From: Acaryochloris marina MBIC11017
GTDB taxonomy: Bacteria > Cyanobacteriota > Cyanobacteriia > Thermosynechococcales > Thermosynechococcaceae
Length of the DNA: 32,000 nucleotides
Direction of reading: 5' to 3'
Assembly (NCBI RefSeq): GCF_000018105.1
Contig: NC_009925.1
Location: forward strand, 4,230,001-4,262,000
Shown: one piece after another, positions 17,075 to 25,071 of the stretch
How positions within the stretch are numbered: the stretch's first letter is position 1
Layout: each line of letters begins with the position of its first letter
Translations under genes and position numbers: made by a program
The notes under the pieces: generated by a model
The model's database searches: none
The model's input: only the letters and a program-made list of their open reading frames with translations
Told to the model about the DNA's origin: nothing

Positions 17075-19291
17075 ATGTCAAAGATAGAGGAACAAAGAAA
17101 AAAACTAAAAAAATTCTGGTTAAAACGATTTTTATTAATTACTGGGGGAGTGGTTGCGCTTAGCTTTTCTGTTCCCCGTATTTTGACATTTCAGGATCAG
17201 CTTCAGCAGTATTCTAGCTATCACGACCATATTGAACGCCATGAAGAGATACAACAACTTTCTTCACGCTTGAAAGTACTTCAAGAAGATCCCCATTTGG
17301 ATATTCCAAGATTTGTCAAAGGGGCTGATTTAGAGAGCTACCAGTCGGCGCAGGAGATTTTGCAGCAAGTCCTCCAGCAAGCGGAAAAAATCGACGATCC
17401 TTGGGATAAAAATTCTGCATTGCGGGAAAAAACTTCTGTAATGCTTAGCATTGCTCAAGCCTATGAGCAGTTGAAAGATTCCCAGCAGGCGCAAGAAATT
17501 TTGCAGCAAGCTCTCCAGCAAGCGGAAAAAATCGACGATTCTGGGTCTAAAGCTTCTGTATTGCTTAGCATTGCTCAAGTCTATGGGCAGTTGAACGATT
17601 CCCAGCGGGCGCAAGAGATTTTACAGCAAGCCCTCCAGCAAGCGGAAAAAATCGACGATTCTAGGTCCAAAGCTTCTGCATTGGGTAGCATTGCTCAAGC
17701 CTATGGACAATTGAAAGATTCCCAGCGAGCGCATAAGATTTTGCATCAAGCCCTCCAGCAAGCGGAAAAAATCGACCATTCTTGGGATAAATCTTCTGCA
17801 TTGGGTAGCATTGCTCAAGCTGCTGGGCAATTGAAAGATTCCCAGCGGGCGCAGGAGATTTTGCAGCAAGTCCTCCAGCAAGCGGAAAAAGGGGAAAAAG
17901 CTTCTGTATTGGGTAGCATTGCTGAAGCTGCTGAGCAGTTGAAAGATGCTCAACGGGCGCAGGAGATTTTGTATCTAGCCCTCCAGCAGGCGGAAAAAAT
18001 CTATGGTTCTTGGGAAAAAGCTTCTGCATTGCATAACATTGCTCAAGCCTATGGGCAGTTGAACGATTCCCAGCGGGCGCAAGAGATTTTACAGCAAGCC
18101 CTCCAGCAGGCGGAAAAAATCGACGATTCTAGGTCCAAAGCTTCTGCATTGGGTAGCATTGCTCAAACTGCTGAGCAGTTGAACGATTCCCAGCAGGCGT
18201 ATAAGATTTTGCATCAAGCCCTCCAGCAAGCGGAAAAAATCCAACATTCTTGGGATAAATCTTCTGTATTGGGTAGCATTGCTCAAGCTGCTGGGCAATT
18301 GAAAGATTCCCAGCGGGCGCAGGAGATTTTGCATCAAGCCCTTCAGCAAGCGGAAAAAATCCAACATTCTGGGGTCAAAGTTGATGTATTGGGTGGTATT
18401 GCTCAAGCCTATGGGCAATTGAAAGATTCCCAGCGGGCGCAGGAGATTTTGCAGCAAGCCCTTCAGCAAGCGGAAACAATCGACGACCCTGGGTACAAAT
18501 CTTCTGCATTGGGTAGCATTGCTCAAGCCTATGGGCAATTGAAAGATTCCCAGCGAGCGCATAAGATTTTGCAGCAAGCCTTCCAGCAAGCGGAAACAAT
18601 CGACTATTCTGGGCATAAAGTTGATGCATTGAGTAGCATTGCTCAAGCCTATGGGCAGTTGAACGGTTCCCAGCGGGCGCAGGAGATTTTGTATCTAGCC
18701 CTCCAGCAAGCGGAAAAAATCCAACATTCTGGGGTCAAAGTTGATGCATTGGATAGCATTGTTCAAGCCTATGGGCAGTTGAATGATTCCCAGCGGGCGC
18801 TGGAGACTTTGCATCTAGCCCTCCACCCAGCGGAAAAAATCCACCCCAAATATTATGTATTGATTAGCATTGCTCAATCTGCTGGGCAGTTAGCAGAAGT
18901 TGCATCCATTTCACAGAAACTTTCAGTCCTCTTAGAAGATGCAAATTTAGACACCTCTGTTGTCCCAAACATCACAACAAAGTCTCTGCAATGGCAATTT
19001 ATCTATCTACTCATCCCGACTGTTTCAGCAGGTATCTTCTTATTTGTTCTTCTCAAATCCCGTAGTCCACTCAATATCTCATTAACAGGACAACTCATCC
19101 TTGTTTTTCCAGAAGAGTATGTGGCAAATTTAGTCCTGCTCAAAAAGCAAATGCACAGTGAGCAACGGCCCAAGTTGTATATCCAACTGCGTATGCTGAA
19201 AGAAACATTGGCATTAATCTTAGCAATCTATATTCAAATTCCTTTAGATAATCTAGGATTGCCATCCATAAGGCGAAAAATCGACAAATAG
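17075..19291 (+). CDS. Two-TM membrane protein with 13 tandem 40-aa helical (TPR/Sel1-like) repeats between the TM helices
   Basis: ORF 17000..19291. ATG 17075 lies 1 nt after the PadR stop (TGA 17071-17073). A basic N-terminus (KKLKKFWLKR) precedes TM1 (FLLITGGVVALSFSVPRIL). Thirteen repeats follow, then TM2 (WQFIYLLIPTVSAGIFLFVLL) followed by KSRS, then a tail of about 95 aa. Confidence 0.8.
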   Translation: MSKIEEQRKKLKKFWLKRFLLITGGVVALSFSVPRILTFQDQLQQYSSYHDHIERHEEIQQLSSRLKVLQEDPHLDIPRFVKGADLESYQSAQEILQQVLQQAEKIDDPWDKNSALREKTSVMLSIAQAYEQLKDSQQAQEILQQALQQAEKIDDSGSKASVLLSIAQVYGQLNDSQRAQEILQQALQQAEKIDDSRSKASALGSIAQAYGQLKDSQRAHKILHQALQQAEKIDHSWDKSSALGSIAQAAGQLKDSQRAQEILQQVLQQAEKGEKASVLGSIAEAAEQLKDAQRAQEILYLALQQAEKIYGSWEKASALHNIAQAYGQLNDSQRAQEILQQALQQAEKIDDSRSKASALGSIAQTAEQLNDSQQAYKILHQALQQAEKIQHSWDKSSVLGSIAQAAGQLKDSQRAQEILHQALQQAEKIQHSGVKVDVLGGIAQAYGQLKDSQRAQEILQQALQQAETIDDPGYKSSALGSIAQAYGQLKDSQRAHKILQQAFQQAETIDYSGHKVDALSSIAQAYGQLNGSQRAQEILYLALQQAEKIQHSGVKVDALDSIVQAYGQLNDSQRALETLHLALHPAEKIHPKYYVLISIAQSAGQLAEVASISQKLSVLLEDANLDTSVVPNITTKSLQWQFIYLLIPTVSAGIFLFVLLKSRSPLNISLTGQLILVFPEEYVANLVLLKKQMHSEQRPKLYIQLRMLKETLALILAIYIQIPLDNLGLPSIRRKIDK
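17345..18893 (+). repeat. In-frame tandem repeat array, 120-nt unit, 13 copies, with a 468-nt higher-order duplication
   Basis: The motif CAGCAAGCGGAAAAAATC recurs about every 120 nt. One unit is 108 nt and the first is longer. Segment 17581-17698 equals 18049-18166 with a single mismatch. Confidence 0.9.
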
Positions 19292-19714
19292 AAACACCTG
19301 AAGAATCTCATAATGCTTGAGATGGGAATTATCAGTAATATTCAATGAAAAGCCAAACGAAGAAGCCAGCATTTAGCTTGCAAATTAGTGTGTCAGAAGA
19401 ATCGACTCGCTGGTTGATAGGCAGCCTGATTGCCATTACTCCTGGATCAAGTATTGTGTAAATTACTCAATCTCCTCCCAGCTCAGTAAACCCTTTCTTC
19501 CTGCAACCGCAAGCACAACAAACTCAGCAATAGGGATCGTGTCTTATTTCCATGAAACAGCTTTAAGCGTTTGATACTAGGGACCAAGCTCCCATAGCAA
19601 TATCAATCCGAGCTTTAACCCTGTATAACCAGAATTCCGTTTGGCAGGAGAATAAGCAACATAGGATTTGCTGAAGAAATTTGTAGCTTATTCTGACAAC
19701 GCTCTCAGAGTAGT

Positions 19715-19740
19715 CAGTATAAGCAGATCTTCTTATACTG
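19715..19740 (-). terminator. 9-bp perfect hairpin overlapping the stop codon of the orphan ORF
   Basis: CAGTATAAG (19715-19723), loop CAGATCTT, then CTTATACTG (19732-19740). No U-tract follows, so the terminator function is only a guess. Confidence 0.25.
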
Positions 19741-20125
19741 CATTTAGCACTTTTCTAGAGGTTTCCATCCAGTTGACTAAGACTTCAAATTCCTTATGCG
19801 CGAGTTGCTGATCGCGTTCTTGAAAAGCAAACTCAAAGTCTTTATGTTCAAATTTCACCTTGGTTGTAGTCCCCACTAGGCGCTCATAAAGCCACTGGCT
19901 GCAGGTTTGCCAATTATCTCGATTGATTTCGATATTGAGAAGACTACTGCTGCTTTCTGCGGAACAATGTCCAGTTGGATCAGCCTGACTAGGCAGCTGA
20001 GCAGGGGTAACAACAGCATTTTGACGTTCTAGATCCATCGCTAGATGAGCCAGAAAATCGATGATTTTTTCATCTTTTGCTTGAGTATCTTGCACTGAAA
20101 TTTGAAACTCGATTAAGTTAACCAT
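19733..20125 (-). CDS. Orphan hypothetical protein (130 aa)
   Basis: ATG at 20125-20123. The composition is balanced and protein-like. The ORF is isolated between two visibly AT-rich non-coding stretches. No family is recognised. Confidence 0.5.
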   Translation of the reverse strand: MVNLIEFQISVQDTQAKDEKIIDFLAHLAMDLERQNAVVTPAQLPSQADPTGHCSAESSSSLLNIEINRDNWQTCSQWLYERLVGTTTKVKFEHKDFEFAFQERDQQLAHKEFEVLVNWMETSRKVLNAV

Positions 20126-20561
20126 AAAAATGACTTCTGAAGATTTTTAATAAATATCTATAAATTGAGGCAGTAAGAGTTGCGTATTGATTTTATTTTT
20201 TGATCAATCCTATTGCTCGACTGAATCTGACTCAATAAGGGCTGATTATTCTACATCTATAATCCTTAAGTTGATGCCAGCAGATATAGAAAGTGCTATG
20301 TAAGTTAATATTTTACTGAACTTGAGTTTAATAGTGCTTCATCCCTATACCCTTAATCTACTCAAGAAGCATGAGAGGCTAGTGATGTTTATCTGAATAA
20401 ACTATTGAAGTTAGCTGAGATTTTTGTGAGATTTTTATGAGAAGAATTAGAATTATGAATCTTGCAGAGAAAAATCTAACTGTCTAGAAGATTAGATTTT
20501 TAGTGATTTGAATTTTTGTTAGGAAAATTCAGAGTCACTTCTTGATATAGTCAAAATCTAT

Positions 20562-21953
20562 CCCTCTTTTATCACTTTAGACAGATAAAAAATAGACTAT
20601 TCTCAGTTTCTATTTTTCTAATGAGTGATGTCAGCTTCAAGAAGTCCAGAACCAACCATTGGCTTTGTTGATGAGTACTGCCAACTATTTGCAGAGTTAT
20701 TTCCCCAAGTCCGCAGTTATGAAGCCTTCAAGCATCTCCATCTGGGGATGATTAGTGATATCAAACGTAAATCATTGCCCGCCATTGCAAGAGCAGTGGG
20801 CTTGGAGAACCATCAAAGCCTGCATCATTTTCTGAGTGAATCACCTTGGGTAGCGTCACATTTGTCTGACAAGAGATTGGACATCATCTTGAAAATACTG
20901 GATGGGCGCAGGTTAATTCTATTGATCGATGAGACGGGCGATTGCAAAAAAGGCAAGAGTACCGACTATGTGAAACGGCAGTATATCGGCAATGTGGGCA
21001 AGAAAGAGAATGGCATCGTCGCAGTCACTGCCTACGGGCTGTTTCAAGGGATGATTTTGCCTTTGTCCTTTGAAGTGTACAAACCCCGAGAACGTCTTAA
21101 AGAGGAGGATGAGTATCTCAGCAAACCCCAAATTGCTGCTGGAATGATCCGACAGTTGCAAGGGATGGGCTTTTGCTTTGAGCTCGTCCTGGCTGACAGC
21201 TTGTATGGGGAAGCTCAAACAAACTTTGTGAATGTCTTAGAGGAGTTAAAGCTGCCCTATATCCTAGCGATTCGTAGCAATCATGCGGTGTGGTTACCCG
21301 CAGAACAAGCAGTCTTTGCCGAACCGTGGCAGTCATTTGAACGAACCTTCAGCAATGGCACCACTGAAACTCGTTACAGGCAAGAGATCATTTATGGCCA
21401 GCGACACCACCAGAAGCGCTATTGGCTATTAACCACGGACCCCCAAACGCTACCAGAGAACTCAACCTCTTATGTCATGGCAGCGGCACCCGAGATCAAG
21501 CTGGATGAAATTGGGGATTGCTATGGCTTCAGAACTTGGATTGAGTATGGTCTCAAACAGTCTAAAGATACCTTGGGTTGGGCTGATTTTCGCATGACGC
21601 ACTACGAACAAATTGAAAAGTGGTGGGAGATAGTGATGAGCGCTTTCTTGATGGTGAGTTTGTTCGCTGATGTCTTCAATGACTCTTGTCCAGTGGCACA
21701 TCAACACTTTGCGCAGCATCCTTGGTGGGATAACCAAAACGGGTGGAAGAATCTGCTCAATAATGTGCGCTTGATCATTCAACCGTTAATCAGTTGGAAT
21801 CTTCTAAAGCGCTGGTTAGAAGTCTTTCCCAGCCGTGCTTTGAAAAAGGGGTTTGAGCAACTCACATCAAAGATGGAGGCATTTTGCTGTCCACTGGTGA
21901 GGAAATTGCTCAAGCATCCTGATTTTCTCTCTGTCTAAAGTGATAAAAGAGGG
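20562..21953 (+). mobile_element. IS701-family insertion sequence (1392 bp) with 23-bp perfect terminal inverted repeats
   Basis: CCCTCTTTTATCACTTTAGACAG (20562-20584) is the exact reverse complement of 21931-21953. The element is flanked by direct CTAT copies at 20558-20561 and 21954-21957. The transposase stop codon lies inside the right IR. Confidence 0.85.
20628..21938 (+). CDS. IS701-family DDE transposase
   Basis: ORF 20625..21938 (GTG 20625 followed directly by ATG 20628). The N-terminal block ISDIKRKSLPAIARAVGL..HQSLHHFLSESPW and the block LLIDETGDCKKGKSTDYVKRQYIGNVGKKENGIVAVTAYG are typical of IS701/ISL3-like DDE transposases of the IS4 superfamily. Confidence 0.85.
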   Translation: MSASRSPEPTIGFVDEYCQLFAELFPQVRSYEAFKHLHLGMISDIKRKSLPAIARAVGLENHQSLHHFLSESPWVASHLSDKRLDIILKILDGRRLILLIDETGDCKKGKSTDYVKRQYIGNVGKKENGIVAVTAYGLFQGMILPLSFEVYKPRERLKEEDEYLSKPQIAAGMIRQLQGMGFCFELVLADSLYGEAQTNFVNVLEELKLPYILAIRSNHAVWLPAEQAVFAEPWQSFERTFSNGTTETRYRQEIIYGQRHHQKRYWLLTTDPQTLPENSTSYVMAAAPEIKLDEIGDCYGFRTWIEYGLKQSKDTLGWADFRMTHYEQIEKWWEIVMSAFLMVSLFADVFNDSCPVAHQHFAQHPWWDNQNGWKNLLNNVRLIIQPLISWNLLKRWLEVFPSRALKKGFEQLTSKMEAFCCPLVRKLLKHPDFLSV

Positions 21954-21960
21954 CTATACT

Positions 21961-22680
21961 CTAGACGGTTAAGAGATTAACTTTCTGGAAAGACTGAAAC
22001 TTGAGTGAGAGCAGGCTGGTTAGTTTCGCCTTATGCTCTGTATTGCATTGGTCAATGCACTGTTGAATGGCCCCTTTGAAAGAGTGAAAATCCGAATAAT
22101 ACTTCGAGTAGAGACATTCCTTGCGCACAAAGCGCCAAAGCCGCTCAATCAAATTCAAATGGGGTGAATAGGAGGGCAAATAGACTAACTCAATATCGAC
22201 GATCTCAGCAAAGTCAGTCACCAGCTGGCATTTTTGATATCGGGCATTGTCTAAAATGACGCTGATGGGTATGACTGGGTCGAGTAGTGCCAGCTTGGCT
22301 AGCAACAGACACATGCTATGAGAGTTGATGTAGGTGTGGTTGGTGATACTGGTGACTTCTTTGGTGACAGCGTTGAGTGCACCCAGAACATTGAATCGTT
22401 GACGGCCAGAAGGAGAAGGGATGAAGATCCGACGAAGGCACCAGAGAAACCCCAGATAAGCCCGGTGAACAAAATGAGCAGCATCCACAAAAAAGACAAG
22501 ACGCTCTTGGCGTTGAGCTTCCTCTAATAAGGGTTCAAGGCGAGTTTGTCGAAACTGCTCTTGCTCCTCAATTTTCTCGGGCAGACTCGACTTTCCCGGC
22601 ACATACCCCACTTTTCGAGAGCGACAACCAATGCGTTTGAGGAAGGCTTTGAATCTGGGTTGGAGAACGCTTAATACCTG
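21961..22680 (-). CDS. IS630-family transposase, DDE catalytic part (orfB frame, no independent start expected)
   Basis: This frame is open from 22680 downstream (a TGA at 22683-22681 closes it upstream). It reads ..FKAFLKRIGCRSRKVGYVPGK..VFFVDAAHF..ILDNARYQK..LPSYSPHLNLIERLW, the IS630 DDE domain. The listed ORF 21961..22611 begins at an internal GTG. Confidence 0.8.
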   Translation of the reverse strand, partial: QVLSVLQPRFKAFLKRIGCRSRKVGYVPGKSSLPEKIEEQEQFRQTRLEPLLEEAQRQERLVFFVDAAHFVHRAYLGFLWCLRRIFIPSPSGRQRFNVLGALNAVTKEVTSITNHTYINSHSMCLLLAKLALLDPVIPISVILDNARYQKCQLVTDFAEIVDIELVYLPSYSPHLNLIERLWRFVRKECLYSKYYSDFHSFKGAIQQCIDQCNTEHKAKLTSLLSLKFQSFQKVNLLTV

Positions 22681-23017
22681 TCAATTGTTCAATGACTGCT
22701 TGGGCTTCTGCACTGGTGCGGGGCGGGTGTTGCTCAAAATAGGCTCTCACACTATCGCTATGAGCGTTGAGTGAACTGGATTGACCTTTGTATTCCAGGG
22801 TTTTCAACCCTTCAATTCCGCCTTGTTGATACAGACGAAGGGTTTTAGCTAAGGTCGGACGACTAATCTGACAAAGCTGACAAATCTGGGCATGGGGAAG
22901 ACCCTGACTTTTCAAGTAGAGCACTTCCATCCGTCGCTGCACCCGTGGGTGAGGGTGATGATAGCGTTCGTAATTGAGGTGTTGGATTTCCTCTGCGGTG
23001 AAATCAATTTTAATCAT
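22568..23017 (-). CDS. IS630-family transposase, N-terminal HTH part (orfA frame)
   Basis: ORF 22568..23059, with ATG 23017 (MIKIDFTAEEIQHLNYERYHHPHPRVQRRMEVLYLKSQGL...). This is the typical IS630 winged-helix/HTH N-terminus. Homology-like sequence continues in the +1 frame after about 22650. Confidence 0.8.
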   Translation of the reverse strand: MIKIDFTAEEIQHLNYERYHHPHPRVQRRMEVLYLKSQGLPHAQICQLCQISRPTLAKTLRLYQQGGIEGLKTLEYKGQSSSLNAHSDSVRAYFEQHPPRTSAEAQAVIEQLTGIKRSPTQIQSLPQTHWLSLSKSGVCAGKVESAREN

Positions 23018-23293
23018 GCAAGTAGGGGAGTCGGTTGAGGGATACTCCCAGTCTGCCAAATCTCTCCACTACAATGTTAAGCCGCAAGTCGTACGCAGTA
23101 TAACTGATCTTGCAAGCAGGAATTGCCACAAAACTTCTTTAGCTCTCTATGAAAATGGGCACTGAGCGGGACTGACCATTTCACCCTCTCGAGTACACTA
23201 CGAGTTAGTGTCATCAATTACTGGTACTTGGTAGCAATCTGACCTTTAACCCTGCATAATAGGGAACGCAGTTTTGCAGGGAAAAGAGCGATC

Positions 23294-24493
23294 ATGGGGC
23301 GCGCTAAAAAAGTTGTGTTGGCCTATTCTGGAGGCGTTGACACCTCCGTTTGTATTCCGTATCTCAAGCACGAATGGGGTGTTGAAGAAGTTATCACCCT
23401 GGCTGCTGACTTAGGCCAAGGGGATGAGCTAGAGCCCATTCGCAAAAAAGCCCTAGATGCAGGAGCTGCCCAATCTTTAATTGCCGATGGCACCGAAAGC
23501 TTTATTGCTGACTATGCCTTTCCTGCCATCCAAGCCAACGCCCTCTACGAAAATCGATATCCCTTATCGACGGCCTTAGCTCGACCATTAATTGCCAAAT
23601 TGCTGGTGGAAGCCGCTGAGATCCATGGAGCCGATGCTGTTGCCCATGGCTGCACGGGTAAAGGCAATGATCAGGTGCGGTTTGATGTGTCTATTACCGC
23701 TCTTAATCCCGACATCAAAGTGCTAGCTCCTGCCCGTGAATGGGGTATGAGCCGGGAAGAAACCATTGCCTATGGCGAAAAGTATGGCGTGCAGTCCCCC
23801 GTCAAAAAATCTTCCCCCTACAGTATTGACCGCAATTTATTAGGGCGGAGTGTGGAAGCTGGCCCCTTGGAAGATCCTTGGGTCGAACCGTTAGAGGAAG
23901 TCTACGATCTAACGAAGGCCATTGCCGATACCCCTGATCAGCCCGAGTACGTTGATATTGATTTTGCCCAGGGTCTTCCTACGCAGCTAAATGGCCAGGC
24001 CCTAAGCCCTGTTGCTCTAGTCGAACAGCTCAATCAGATCGTCGGCAATCATGGGGTGGGCCGTATCGATATGGTGGAAAATCGCCTGGTCGGTATTAAA
24101 TCTCGGGAAATCTATGAAGCCCCTGCTCTGCTTGTACTGATTCAAGCTCATCGGGAACTAGAGAGCCTTGCCCTGACCGCAGATGTTACCCATTACAAGC
24201 GAGGCATTGAAGAAACCTATAGCCAACTCGTCTATAACGGCCTCTGGTTTAGCCCTCTCAAAGATGCCCTAGACGCCTTTATTCAGCAAACACAAAAACA
24301 GGTAACCGGTACGGTGCGGGTGAAGCTATTTAAGGGGGCGGCAACGGTGGTGGGTCGCCAATCTCCTCATTCTCTCTATACGCCGGACCTGGCAACCTAT
24401 GGCGCTGAAGATGCCTTCGATCACAAAGCTGCTGAAGGATTTATCTACGTTTGGGGGCTACCAACTCGGGTCTGGTCGCAACAACAGCGATAA
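23294..24493 (+). CDS. argG: Argininosuccinate synthase
   Basis: The 399-aa ORF has [15 protein letters not shown] (the ATP pyrophosphatase P-loop-like motif), [14 protein letters not shown] and full-length similarity to type I ArgG. Confidence 0.95.
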   Translation: MGRAKKVVLAYSGGVDTSVCIPYLKHEWGVEEVITLAADLGQGDELEPIRKKALDAGAAQSLIADGTESFIADYAFPAIQANALYENRYPLSTALARPLIAKLLVEAAEIHGADAVAHGCTGKGNDQVRFDVSITALNPDIKVLAPAREWGMSREETIAYGEKYGVQSPVKKSSPYSIDRNLLGRSVEAGPLEDPWVEPLEEVYDLTKAIADTPDQPEYVDIDFAQGLPTQLNGQALSPVALVEQLNQIVGNHGVGRIDMVENRLVGIKSREIYEAPALLVLIQAHRELESLALTADVTHYKRGIEETYSQLVYNGLWFSPLKDALDAFIQQTQKQVTGTVRVKLFKGAATVVGRQSPHSLYTPDLATYGAEDAFDHKAAEGFIYVWGLPTRVWSQQQR

Positions 24494-24513
24494 GGACTGA
24501 CCTGCTTAGCATC

Positions 24514-24993
24514 TCAGCAACCACTCCTGAAGTATGCATGGGGGTGAGAAGTGCGTTGCCACATTAACGCCGTTAGCCAAAACAGAAAGAGTTGAATTAA
24601 GACACCAATTTCAGGTGAACAATGTAATTTAGCTTTGCGGTTCACAAGAGAGTTGGGGCGAATGTCTCCTAGCAGGGTACCATCTTGCCGATGAATGGTG
24701 AGTGCTGTGCCCCCAAAGCGTCCTGACCGCAAAGAAAGGCGTTGATGTCCGTAGGTGACCTCAAAACTATGGGTATTCGATCCGAACCTGCAGGCGGATG
24801 CTTGAACCGTGTTGTTGGCTAACAGTCGCCACTCTCCAGACTGCGAATCCTGGTGGATGGCATAGGCTGTAGACCCCAGAACAATTTGGCCTGAGTCCTT
24901 GCCAACGTTAAATTCAATCGCACCAATGATATCTTGCCCCGTAACCCAATAGTTCCAAGTGAACAATGATTGAGGCGAAAAGGTCAATCTCAT
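24514..24993 (-). CDS. Hypothetical protein with a beta-rich N-terminal region and a C-terminal TM helix
   Basis: ATG 24993 is preceded by GGAG. The C-terminal IGVLIQLFLFWLTALMW is hydrophobic. No family is recognised. Confidence 0.5.
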   Translation of the reverse strand: MRLTFSPQSLFTWNYWVTGQDIIGAIEFNVGKDSGQIVLGSTAYAIHQDSQSGEWRLLANNTVQASACRFGSNTHSFEVTYGHQRLSLRSGRFGGTALTIHRQDGTLLGDIRPNSLVNRKAKLHCSPEIGVLIQLFLFWLTALMWQRTSHPHAYFRSGC

Positions 24994-25034
24994 GGAGGAC
25001 TCCAGAACACAGTTACAAGAAAGGATTCAAAGCG

Positions 25035-25071
25035 ACCCTTGACGGTCAATCTTTGCCTGTCCGTCAAGGGT
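25035..25071. promoter_or_regulatory. 11-bp perfect inverted repeat in a divergent intergenic region
   Basis: ACCCTTGACGG (25035-25045) and CCGTCAAGGGT (25061-25071) are separated by 15 nt. The repeat begins 42 nt upstream of the minus-strand ORF start (24993) and ends 223 nt upstream of the MlaE-like gene. Confidence 0.35.

Larger units (their letters stand above)
21957..23100 (-). mobile_element. IS630-family insertion sequence (about 1144 bp). The boundaries are tentative, with TA at both flanks.
   Basis: The element contains the two IS630-type transposase ORFs. Both proposed termini begin TACT and are flanked by TA (21955-21956 and 23101-23102). The terminal inverted repeat is only weak and imperfect in my hand alignment. 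Confidence 0.6.

Noticed and set aside
17330-18646. Long minus-strand ORFs inside the repeat array (17330..17614, 17621..17953, 17661..18029, 18089..18646, 18375..18629)
   Set aside because: They are open only because the same stop-free 120-nt unit is reiterated. They mirror the repeat period and have odd, low-complexity composition (F/L/R-rich). They lie antisense to a gene with clear PadR coupling and TM helices.
17345-18893. Possible CRISPR array because of regular direct repeats
   Set aside because: The units are contiguous, with no unique spacers. They are 120 nt long, maintain one reading frame through all 13 copies, and encode a coherent helical-repeat protein. No cas genes are present.
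19345-19461. A 38-codon ORF (MKSQTKKPAFSLQISVSEESTRWLIGSLIAITPGSSIV) just downstream of the repeat-protein gene
   Set aside because: It is too short to support from sequence alone. It has no clear Shine-Dalgarno sequence and no recognisable motif.
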